Origin: Amoebophrya sp. A120
Taxonomy: Eukaryota; Protista; Dinoflagellata
Assembly (NCBI GenBank): GCA_905178155.1
Contig: CAJINV010000003.1
Coordinates: 5,671,985 to 5,735,984 of the forward strand
Direction of reading: 5' to 3'
DNA length: 64,000 nucleotides
A model generated the notes under the pieces. That model was not told the origin of the DNA. It did not search any database and saw nothing but the letters and a program-made list of their open reading frames with translations. Shown one piece after another: positions 39,701 through 50,490 of this stretch (the stretch's first letter is position 1; each line of letters opens with the position of its first letter). The position numbers were made by a program, and so were the translations under genes.

Positions 39701-41116
39701 CCGGAACACGAACTTCGCAAACCGCTCCTGGTCGAGTTGGTTCACCACCCCGGCGGCGTTGTTGAACATCATACTGGTGGCGGCCCCGCCGGTTGACCCG
39801 AAGGATCCCCCGCCCAGCAGGTGCTCGTCCGGCCGGTTCACCAACTTCTGCGCCTCCGCGAAGGTCGTGTCGGGGTGGTGGGCCTCGCTCACCAGCGGGC
39901 TACCGATCACGACGTCCGAGAGCAACGCGGAGCCGGAGGCTGCCCCGGGGCCGACGCCCGGGCCGGCGAGGCCGCCGCCGCCCTGGAACAAAGCCATCGA
40001 CGCGGACTCCACCACGTACCGCTCCTCGATGCTCGCGTTGCGCGCAGCCAACAACTGTTTCTGGTTTTCGTCCAGGGCCGCAATGTTTCGGAAAGTTTGG
40101 CGCACCTCCGCTTCGACCTGATCCAGCTTTAGCGGCGAGCTACCTTGCGCAGCGAGGCGAGTATGGAATTCGCGTCTTCGATTGAGCCAAACTGCACCTC
40201 ATTTGTGCTCCTTGCAGCATGTGATTAAGAATTAATGCATGCTGTAGTTGCAAGGCCAATAAACCATAGGTCGGCCTCACATGGGCTTGGGCATCGTCGG
40301 GGAATAAAATCGAAGAGTAGCTAGATTCTTCTTGCGACGTCCCACGGATGTGGTGCCGAATTTTTGTCACATTTCTTCAGAAATCATCTCTATCTACTGA
40401 GAAATGGAAACTCAAATCTGCAGCCGACTCAACTAAAGCCCAGCCTGGATAAAAGCCTTCCACATCGTTCTGGAACATCGTCAATTCGGCCCGGCGGCAC
40501 TTCTCCAAGAGAAAGCGCACCTCCCGCTCCACTTCCTCAATGCGCTGGATAAACTTCTTATACCTGGTATTTATTATTCATCGCTTCGATGGCGTCATTC
40601 TCATCTGTAAGTGAACGCACCACGCTTTGTTTCTTCATGCCAAAAATGACGAAATTATAATTATCAAAAACTGACGGCAGACCAATGCAGCTTGGAACGA
40701 AAACAAATAGTACGGTCTCTGCGGGGCGACGGTGGCCGCGTGAAGGTCCTGAAACTGCAAGTTCGCGTTCGAACCCAGCACGTCCACGAAGTGGCGAGCC
40801 TTCTCGACGGGCAGTATCAAATGCAAATATGCCTGGGTCTGGAAACCTGTGATGCTGAACTGAGCACGATTGAAGCGCTCGCAATGGCAGCCAAGCATGA
40901 CAAGTTTTTGAGACGCCTGCTGAAGCCTGGCACGCATCACAAATTGCGTTTTTGCATGACAAAGGACGCTCCTCTTTCGCTGCTCATGGAACACAGATTT
41001 TCCAGGACTGCAAGACACGCATCACAAATTCCACTCTCCCAGACCCAGACATTTTTGCAAACCATAGGTAGCACCAGGGTGCCACTGCACATGGTCTCTG
41101 ATCGAAAGAGCCCCAT
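36746..41116 (-). CDS. ATP6V0A/VPH1: V-type H+-ATPase V0 subunit a, paralog 2 (multi-exon)
   Basis: [17 protein letters not shown]; [28 protein letters not shown]; [15 protein letters not shown]; PYPFGVDP; NSMKMKIS; [20 protein letters not shown]; [19 protein letters not shown]. Confidence 0.97.
38379..38629. mobile_element. Introner-like TIR element, family A
   Basis: TATCAACTGTAAAAATGTCTGGGTCTGGA ... TCCAGACCCAGACATTTTTGCATTTGATA; GAGCC/GAGCC flanks. Removal gives [14 protein letters not shown]. Confidence 0.93.
40815..41066. mobile_element. Introner-like TIR element, family A
   Basis: TATCAAATGCAAATATGCCTGGGTCTGGA ... CCCAGACCCAGACATTTTTGCAAACCATA; GGCAG/GGTAG flanks. Removal gives [13 protein letters not shown]. 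Confidence 0.93.
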
Positions 41117-42117
41117 GTTGACGCAGCAGAGACGAGAAGTACTCCGCGCACGTCGTCCCCTGCCCGACCTGGAGTCCCCGCGCTCTCAGCCGTAACGCTT
41201 CCGCACTCGCGGCAGGTTGCCGGTGGTCGGCAGCGCCCCGGCCATAGTCGGCCCGACGGATTGTTTTCAGACGAACTACCGCGGCTCCCGCACCCTGCTG
41301 GCTACGACTTGCGGCGCCGGACGGTAGCAAATGCAAGACGCACAAACGAGGCGCTACTCGATATTTTCGTTTTCGTCAAACTCATGAACTTGTTTTCGCT
41401 TCGACAATGGCGTGTTTCGATAGTAAAACAATATATACAGCACAAAAGTGAATCAACCCCAAATTGAAAAACGGTGGTGTTTCTTTCTCTGGCGGCGGAA
41501 AGAAGATAGAGCGCATCTTCAACAACCCTCAGATTACACAGCCCACACGACACACACAGAAGACCCGAAGCAGCGTCGAACACACGATGCGACGTTTTCC
41601 ACCCTTTCCATCCAGACGACAGCTGTGAAGTATTTCTTTTTCTTCCCAGACCCGAAAATTGATAACAGGTGTCTGTGTTTCTGTCTTCTCAGTGAGAAAT
41701 CAAACAATCAGTCCTCAAGAACTTTGCTGTGGCTCGCTGAAAAACATCAGCGCGCTGGAGCATAAAGGAGTGCTCATGCAATCGTAAAAGAATAGTGAGT
41801 AGAATCATGAAAATCCAAGTTCGGTCGTGAAAAAATCATATGCAGCACAACGCAGCGCGGTCATGTTGTACTCTCGTTTTCAGTGCACGAGAACAAACCA
41901 GCCTGCCCCGTCCCAGGTAAAAGTAGTTGAAAGGCAGTTTATCCGCTTGTCTCTCGGTTTAGAAGAGAAAGACCGTGCACCGCGGACATGAAAAGTGTGG
42001 TCGGAGAAAGTAAGTAAGTATCAATCTCCTCTGCGCCACCTCCAGCCGCAGCGCACTTCTCCCATCTGCACACGAAGGCGCCGTAGGTTTCTGTATATTC
42101 ATTGACCGCGCGGGGGC

Positions 42118-45100
42118 CTATGAAGACGTGTCGATGGACAGTAGCTGCTTGTGGTTGTAGGGTTCAAACAGCTGCCCGTCGGCGTGGAAGAACTTAGACT
42201 GGAACTCGACCCAGTGCAGACGCAGCGTGTGTAGGAAGCATTCCAGAGAGTCCATGCAGAGGAGCACCGCGAAGGTGACCATCAGCCAGACTGCGAAGCC
42301 GAAGAAGACCGCCAAAGGGTTGCCGCTGGTGATGGCGCCGGCCAAGGTCTTCTGAAAGAAAACCAGCGACAGCTGCTGGTGCGCCAAACTCAAGGCCCAC
42401 ATACGCAGGTACGAAGCAGTGTGGGAGACCGTCCCCAGGACGTATTCAATCGTGAAAATGATCTGCAGTAGTTTCATTTTTTGCACACGACGACCGGGTT
42501 GCTTGTTTTCATTGCAACAAATAAACTGTGCAAGAACATCGCGCTCCTCCTTCTGGCGTTCATCTTTCTACTCAAGGAGGACAACAAGAACTACCGAGGA
42601 CCTACTTGGAGCAATGATTATTTTGGTAGACATTTGATATATACTTGTTCAATCGCCTCTTCTGAGAATGGTGGGTGTTCCTCGACTTCCTCGTGGCCCG
42701 CCTTGTCGGGCAGCGCGGCATGCTCTTCGTGGGCCTTGGATCGGTAGTAGAGCACAACCATCTTCGGAAACAGCAACCAGGGCACGGAGAGCAACGTCAT
42801 GCCGAAGAGCGCACCTTCCAACGCGATGCTGCCGTCCCACAGCGGCGCGGGGTCCGGCTGGTGCATGGCCATGCTGATCAGCGAGTTGATCAGCGAGGGC
42901 GGGTTGTCCAGCGGGGTGACCCACTTGTACATGATCATGAAGTCCATGTACCCAAAAAAGCTGAGCATGAACATCAGCATCGGAATGCACTCACAGCAGA
43001 AGTCCACGACGGACTTTTCGTAGATGGCGTTGCTCCACTTCAGAAACACCCCCACCAACATCTGCGACACGCCAAACAGCACCGCCATCTTCATCTTCAG
43101 CGAGTTCATGAACAGCAGTTCGTTTTGTGCGCCGGCCCAAGCCGGGTCAATGCCTTGGATTTTTTGTTGGGCGTACTTGTTTTTACTCCTTAGCTCGACG
43201 AACTCAGTTTGCAAAACTTCACACCGTGAAAAGCGGTTAAGTACCTTCAGGGGCGGGAGACAAAAAACAATGCACCTGAATCAAGAGTGAAGTAGCGGGT
43301 AAAAATAAAGCCTTCATACCGAACGGAACAGGTCCCGGCCCGCCTTCGTTTTTGACGTCGTACAGTGGATAGTAGTTCTGTATGGGATCTGTTTCTTTTG
43401 CGTCCGTGGCCCATTTTGTTCCGAACAGGTTCATACCCAGGGAAACAAAATCGTTGTACCTGCAAGTTGTATATGAGATGAATGTGGCTTCTTCGCCTGT
43501 CGCACTCGTCGAAGACTGGTAGCAATAAATTGAGGGATACAACGCAGCAGAAACTGATGATCCACATGCCTGCCCAGAAAGCGTGATAAATTTTTCTTCT
43601 GCGCTGCTCCTCTGGGATGAAACAAAATAGAAACACAATACAACAGGCCGGCGTAGACCGCGAAGATGCTCATGAGGAGCAGCATGAAGCGCGCACTGTA
43701 TAGCCCCGGTTGCGAGTACTGCAGGGAGCCGGCGTTGAAGCAGCACCAGAGGGCGAAGAGGAACATCAGGGTTCCGTGTCCAACATCTCCGTACATGATA
43801 CCAAAGATGAAGGGAAATGTCACCGCAGCTGTTTATTTTTGCTTGAATTAATACGGTTCTTTTCACCGCTTCTTGCCTTCGAAAACTTCTCAAAAACGTC
43901 GCGCAAGATGTCGGTGCGCGATAAAAAAGCCCGCGCTCTCGATGAATTCTCCCCAGCGTAGTAGTTGGGGAGGAAAATAAAGTCGAAATGCTACATTGCA
44001 GGAGCACTTTGCGCGATTGTTCGCCGACAGAAAAATAGCATTTTGATCTTTGTGTAGAGTACTGAACGGCACGGGACTGGCCTCTTTGTATCTCGGAACG
44101 CCGTAGGTGTTGACCAAGTCCTGGAAGGGCCCGAGGAAGTCGTTGGTTCGGAAGTAGGTGGGCGCGTTCTTCATGGACCGCGTTTTGTCGGAGATGAGGT
44201 AGGCCGTCCCATTCGCGTCGGAGTTCTTGACCAGCAGCGTGCGGATGGATTCCTCGTCCGCGGCTGGGTACCACACGTTGATGCGCAGGGTGGTCTCGCC
44301 CTCGCACTGGTTCAGAATGGCGTACACCGACTTCTCCTTCATGCAGAACAGCCGCCAGTTATTGTGAGGAAAAATATCCCCACCCCATAGTCAAGATGGG
44401 AAATCTGCAACACAAACGCGGAAGTTTTGGGAGTCACGCATGACATAAACAGACTGTGCAACTACGGGATGGCATTGTGTTTCGGGTGAGTTGATCAACC
44501 CAAAGACGCCGCCACCCCTCTGTATTGTAGTGCAGTTTCGCAAGGACAGCCGCATCGCAAAGCCATCTCCTCATCCTATTTGCAGCATCACAAATTCCAA
44601 AACACGATTGGAAATGGCTCTCATGGGGATGCGCATTACAAGTCTTCCTGTCTTTGCAAATCTGCATGACAACTCTGGGATGGGGACGCTTTTACTCAGG
44701 ATACCAGTCCTCCAGCAAACTGTTGCCGGTCTGCGTCTTCGACAGCAGGCGCGCGGACTCCCCGATCACATACGACTCGAAAGCCAGTTGGGCCTTTTTC
44801 TTATCCTGTGCAAAAGTATCGTACTCGTAGGAATTGCAGTCATGCATTACAAATCTTTTCTTTAAGGTACTTAAATCAGCATTGCAAATCTTCCTTTCTC
44901 ATGCTGAGGAAATTTGTAATGCATTTATACGAGTACGACACTTTTGCAATTCATATTTCTTGTCCGCCACCAACTGCGTCAACGCCGCCAACCGCGTGCG
45001 GGCGTCCTGCCCGGAGACTGGAGTGACGCGTTTTGGAAAGATTACAACATCGCAGGTAGAAGTTGTGGTACTACGCGTAGTTGATTTTTGTTTCAACTAT

Positions 45101-46764
45101 TCAAAAACGGGCTTCGCACAACAGACACTGTTGTAGCTAGAATATTAAATCTGCAAACATTATTCTACATGGCCATTCGTAGTTGTTCACGCCGAATTGG
45201 GCGCAGGCCTTCACAATCTTGTTGTACAGCACGCCCTCGGTGGCGCCCTTCACGTCCTGGAAGAACACCACAAACACGCTCTTCTTCACTTCCTTCCCTG
45301 TCTTGGGGTCGACGATCAGATCGCCGATGGGAGTGAAGTTGGTAAACGAGTTCCCACGCGACATGCGGAACAGGAACCGGGCAAACCGCTGCTGGTCCTC
45401 TTCGCAGATGGTCCCCGCGATGTTGGAAAACGTCATACCTATAAACGTGTCAGGTTTGCCAAAGAAAATCGGGAAAAGAAGTAGACGCAGACAACTATGA
45501 CATGTGGTAGCTGCTCTTTTACTTAGTTCTTTCTCTTTTGCGTTGTTGACGTCACTGAAAAGCATAACCACGTTTCTCAGTGACGCGCCCCGATGTTCTT
45601 TGACACTTTGATAAAAATAAAGAGCGCCAAGTACTATACCGCCTTCCACTTTGGCCGTATCCAGCAGCTGGTCCGTGGTTGCGCCTGTTCGCACCAAGGT
45701 CCCAAAGGTGCTCAGCGAAGTCTCCACCACCCATTTTTCTTCAATAGCCTGGTTACGCTCTGCAGTTTTAGGTGCAATGCAAAAGTAAGATAGGGTAGAG
45801 GCTGCGTTTTTGGATGGGTCTACTCATCTGCACCGACAAGTTTCATCAGACCCGTACGTACATGTTGATTGTGGTGAAGTAAATCTTTACATCATTCGTG
45901 AAGACGAGAATTGTTCCAGGTAAAAACAAAAACAATGACAAACACAAATAAACATTAACATTCTAAAAATAGTAAAACCAGTAATCAGAGCGGCGTTGTT
46001 CGCTTTGAAATCCACAAATTGCTTGTAAACCGCCTTCAAATCAGCTTCAACCGCGTCGAGTTTGTACTTATCAGCTTCCTCCAAAAAACCGTCAACGTCA
46101 TTCTTGTAGTACGCAAATCCGAACTTCGATACCTCCGCGATCAGGAACCTAGGCAGGTGAAAAAGAATTGCAAGAATAACGCTTTCTTTATTGCGCGTCT
46201 TCAGCTCCCGGGTTTTCCTTCATCTTCGTGTGCCAACAGTCGGTGTTTGCGCATGGCTAGCAGCAAATAAATGTTCCCTTACGGGACGATGCACAGTGGG
46301 ACATGTTGTTTATTGATTGAGGCAACAAAACAACCAAGCAAAAGAAGTAATCGGTGTATCAACTGCTCTCCAAAGAACTGCGCTTACCGCACAATGCGCT
46401 CCGCATCATCCAAGCGCTGCACGTACTTCTTGTAGGGCCGCGCAGCATTCACCTGACTCCCTTTCATATCCTGGAACTGGATTTGGGTGCCTGTATCCAT
46501 GCCAAATCTTGAGTCAAGCCAAAGACTTGCGTCAAGTCAACTAAACTTACCGCGCCACGAAGATCGATGCAACGCACCGGAAACTTCGGTTAGCGGAAGG
46601 TCGTTCTGGAAAACACCGTCAAGCGTTCCCGATTGAGGAAGATTGACTTGACTCAAGATTCGCAAATGATATCCCTTGCCAATCACGTTCATGAAGGTGG
46701 GTGCCTTTTCCGCAGGTAGCACCAGCACGCCCGGGGCCATGTCCTCCGAGCGAAGGAACCCCAT
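42118..46764 (-). CDS. ATP6V0A/VPH1: V-type H+-ATPase V0 subunit a, paralog 3 (multi-exon)
   Basis: MGFLRSEDM; [31 protein letters not shown]; TFPFIFGIMYGDVGHG; GIDPAW..NSLKMKM; [20 protein letters not shown]; [19 protein letters not shown]. Confidence 0.97.
44360..44703. mobile_element. Introner-like TIR element, family B
   Basis: TATTGTGAGGAAAAATATCCCCACCCCA ... TGGGATGGGGACGCTTTTACTCAGGATA; CCAGT/CCAGT flanks. Removal gives [13 protein letters not shown]. Confidence 0.9.
44802..44955. mobile_element. Introner-like TIR element, family C
   Basis: TATCCTGTGCAAAAGTATCGTACTCGTA ... TACGAGTACGACACTTTTGCAATTCATA; TTTCT/TTTCT flanks; internal IR ATGCATTACAAAT/ATTTGTAATGCAT. Removal gives VADKK-KAQLAFESY. 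Confidence 0.92.
46494..46671. mobile_element. Introner-like TIR element (distinct family)
   Basis: Left TATCCATGCCAAATCTTGAGTCAAGCCAA vs reverse complement of right end TATCATTTGCGAATCTTGAGTCAAGTCAA. Removal gives NVIGKG-TQIQFQD; can also be read as a GA-AG intron. Confidence 0.85.
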
Positions 46765-47385
46765 CTTGCGTGCAGTGTTTAATACAGTCAACACTAGTAC
46801 TCAAGCTACCTCAAAGATCTTTCTCCTAGTTCTGCTACTATCCATATCAAACGACGAGACGCATTAAAACCGGAACAAGGTATAGAAAATGCACGAAACT
46901 TCAACTTCATTTGACCATTGCATGAAATGTCCTCCGGACACAGAAGTTGCAGGCGCGAGCGGCACTTGCTTGCCACAAACGAAAAACAAAAACTGTAGTA
47001 CTTATGCAGAAGAAAGATGCACATGCCGCGACGCGTCTTCCAGCGCGCTGGCAGCAATGAAAAAATAGACTTACAAACCAGATGGTGAGTCAGAACGAGA
47101 AATAAATGATGGAATCACGACCTATCGTAAGGCAGCATCGAGACCGATGAGCTGCAAAAAATGGATAGTTCGAGAACACTGAGACGCCGGGTGCAATCGT
47201 CGAATCTGCCAGTGACAAGAGTAAGTCCATTTTTCTTCACGATAGAAGGAGTATAAAGCTGCGTATAGTAGCTTTGGATCCAATTCTCGAAGCAACAAGT
47301 TCGCGACTCAAGTTCCAGCGAATGCTGAAGAAAGTCCAGCCATATTTGCGCTTCTCATCCCGATTCGGCAATGTGTCGCGTCGTC

Positions 47386-50051
47386 CTAGCTCACGGTAAG
47401 CGTGCCAATGGAAGCGAATGCCGGCGACAGACCAGTGGGAAGATCAGTTCCGAGGGCCTCATAACTGCACCCCTGCGCATGCTGTGCGTACCGGCAGTAG
47501 CACACGGTAGCCGTCAGACCTGTTTTTTCCGTTGATGATCATGCTGCGATAGACAGAACACCTCAGGCTTAGCGCAAACAGGCAGAACACAAACCATACT
47601 TTAAGCGCCAAAAAAACGAGTTGTGCTTATTGCCCTCTTCAAGCATTTTCCTGGAGGTAGAAGAATCATGATCGGGGCAAAAATCAGATGATAGTTCCGC
47701 ATAGGTCCTTACTGCTGACGAGTGTCCCAACGTTGAAGACTTTCTTCTTGTCCGAGGGTCCGGTCAGTGGCGCGTAACTTTCTGCGCTGAGGTCTGGATG
47801 TCTGAAGGCGCAGTCAGTCGAGTTGGAGATTCGAAGGAAATCGGTGGCTTGCAAATTGCTGCCCTCCACCACGACAAAGCAAACCGAGCTCGCGGTGCAC
47901 GCAAAGCTCTGCTCTTCCACTGCCGTGGGGCACGAGCCGCTGTGCGGGTCAGTCCAGCAACGGAGCGCCTGGTAAGGGATGTTTGTCGAAAACTGAATGT
48001 TGAACCTCTACTATGACCTCACTACATACGATCCTTTCCTTGCGACTTTGTCTTTGAGCCGTGGGAGATGTGATACAGCATATATACCTCCGGCTTCATG
48101 AGGTGCAGCCTGGCGTGGTTTTCCGTGCCCTGCAGGTTTTGCAGCCATATGTAGTTGAACATGTTCGCCGTGGTCATGTTCGTGTTTTTTTGCACGGCCC
48201 GGTAACTGGTAATTTCGGCCCGCAGGTCCTGCGTCAGGATTTGCAGCGCTTTTTGCTTCTCATTGAACATTTGGCGCGCTTCGAATATCCTGCGTAAAAA
48301 CGTCCCCCCCCCCCCGAGCCCTGCTGTCATGCAATTCTGCAAGCCAAAAAAATCTCTCATGCGCAGCGGCCCCACGAGGATCATCAGGGTGCTGCGCTAG
48401 CTAAACACGATGACACTATACGCGGAAACTCGTCATGCGAGAGGGCCAAAGCTTCTGAAATTCTGTATGCAAAGTTCCCATTTTGAGTCTGGGTGGGGAC
48501 GTTAGATTCACTCTGAATATCGAACACCTTTTGATTTGTCTCCACCATCGCCTCGTCGAACATGCGCTGTCGCTTGTTCGCGGCCTTCACCTCGGCGTCT
48601 TTCACTTCGAACTCGACCTGTTCAATCTCTTGCCGGATCTGTTCCGTCGCCGTTAGTTCCTCTTCGAACGCCGTGGGTAGGTCGATGGTCAACAGCTGCA
48701 AGTCGTCGAGCAGCCCGCAGTGTGCATTGCAAACACGTCCTCGGCGTCTGGAAATTGTGATGCTAAAACAAACGCACTGACTGTTCCATCGCCCATTTTC
48801 ACCACGGAAGCAAGCCTCCGCAGGCGCTGGAACGGCATTGGGTCGGGACCGCGAAAACATGGCGCGCATCTCTTCATTCCCGGATACTCATAAGTACATA
48901 AGTATTTTCATCCTTACTCTGGAAATTGTGATGCAGGAGTCCCTGCCGGTCCAAAAACGTGCATCGCATGAGCAGCAAAAGCCGCACAGTTCTTGCCAGC
49001 AGACAAGACAAATCTCATGCGAAACAGGCATGGCAGGACCCCGGCAGAACCTGATATGCTAACTCACGCATTCTAGACGACCTCACCGGGCATACAAGAC
49101 TTGCATGACAAACAGTCGCATTCTTCCAGACCCGGACACGTTTGCAGTGGGTACGCCGTCCGCCTCAATCCGCTGCGTGAGGTGGGTCTGCATCGCGGCC
49201 GATATCAGGTGGAAAAGCATGGCACTCGTACCAATTGCAGTCACGCATGACAAAGTAGACCTTTCGCAACCTACACCTTCAGGAGCATTACGAAGTCTAC
49301 TTTCCTTGATGCAAAAAATTTTTGTGATGGAAATCTTTGTACTAGTACGATACTTTTGCGATGCGTAGCCTCAATCTCCGTACGGTTGTAGAAGAATTCG
49401 AAGGCGGTCCAGTTCGCTGCCGTGTCGCGCAGCATGTTCCGCGCCGTAAGAACGTAGGCGTAGTCGTACCGGAGCCCCCAGTCGTAGTAGATCCGTAAAA
49501 TGCTCGACATGTCCTCCACGAGCCGGTACTGGTAGTTCAGGTCCAGAACTACCTCCAGTCCGTCGTACGTGCGGGCCTCCAGATGCTTGTAGGTCGACCC
49601 CGGAAACTGCACGGTCTGCTGGTCTTTGGGGTACCTGGGGGATCAGGAGGGAAAGTGCGATAGAAACGCTATTGCGAGCGGTTCTTGAGCGGCGAAAATT
49701 TCCGTGCCCCCTCTGAAATAATCAATAAAAGTGCCGCGGATCGATCAGCATTTCTTGTAATCACGGAATGCGTTTTTTGGGATGGATGCGTGCTCTTTGT
49801 TCTGTGTGATGCACTGAGTTATACGGATTGAAGCAATCCTTATACACTTTGAAGCTGTGGCCGACTCCGAGCATGTGCCGCCCCGCTGGATAGAGCTTCT
49901 CCTCGGCCACGCTTTTCGACACGCTGGAGTAGTCGAGTCCCATCTCCGTGGCCTCCAAGACGGAGAAGGAGACGGCGATTAACACGATGCCGGTTATCAA
50001 CCCGGAACAGCAGCAACACGCTGCGCAATACCTCAAAGCACTGTCGCTCAT
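47386..50051 (-). CDS. SPFH/band-7 (prohibitin/stomatin-like) membrane protein with Cys-rich C-terminal extension
   Basis: N-terminal TM (LITGIVLIAVSF), ARTYDGLEVVLDLNYQYRL, ARNMLRDTAANWTAFEFFYNRTEIEAAM, LQLLTIDLP followed by coiled coil; three exon junctions are elements. Confidence 0.85.
48286..48519. mobile_element. Introner-like TIR element, family B
   Basis: TATCCTGCGTAAAAACGTCCCC (matches the reverse complement of the 44703 end) ... GGGTGGGGACGTT..GAATA; TCGAA/TCGAA flanks. Removal gives QKVFE-ARQMF. Confidence 0.88.
48721..49153. mobile_element. Introner-like TIR element, family A (enlarged, degenerate)
   Basis: TGTGCATTGCAAACACGTC..GTCTGGA ... TCCAGACCCGGACACGTTTGCAGTGGGTA; CGCAG/CGCCG flanks. 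Removal gives IEADGG-LLDDLQ. Confidence 0.85.
49203..49367. mobile_element. Introner-like TIR element, family C
   Basis: TATCAGGTGGAAAAGCATGGCACTCGTA..AATTGCAGTCA ... TACTAGTACGATACTTTTGCGATGCGTA, similar to 44802-44955; GCCGA/GCCTC flanks. Removal gives TEIEA-AMQTH. Confidence 0.8.
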
Positions 50052-50490
50052 TGCGGACCTGCAGCACCGATTCTACGTCGCAGAGAGGCTACGTCAAGTT
50101 GCTCAGTGGACCAAAAACCGAGTGCGTTCCAGCACTAAAGGCACTTTACGCGACCGCCCAGATGTGCTCCCGCTTTACTTCTTCCAGGTGGGAGCAAGCC
50201 AGACAACGACGCCTTCATTCTTTTGAAGCGACAAACGCAGCGCGCACCGCCGTCTCTTTCACAGACCCGCCTCTCTCAGCGACCATCATAACCCAGAAAG
50301 GAAAAAAAACAAGCGAAACCCTTTCAAAGTAGTGTACAAATTCGGGCACAAGACCAGCATGTGTGAACACTAGAACCGGCGTAGCAAAGAGGCGAAAAAC
50401 ACTTTGAAACAAGCGAATATATTCATTATAACACTGTGTCGCCTATCAGGTTAAGTACTGTTCTCGAGGAGGTGGAGGATCTTCCGAAAA

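Noticed and set aside
19518-46764. V-ATPase and other genes as transposon-disrupted pseudogenes
   Set aside because: The exons I translated show no stops or frameshifts and keep key residues, and every insertion closes in frame by the same rule. Intron behaviour is more parsimonious, though RNA proof is lacking.
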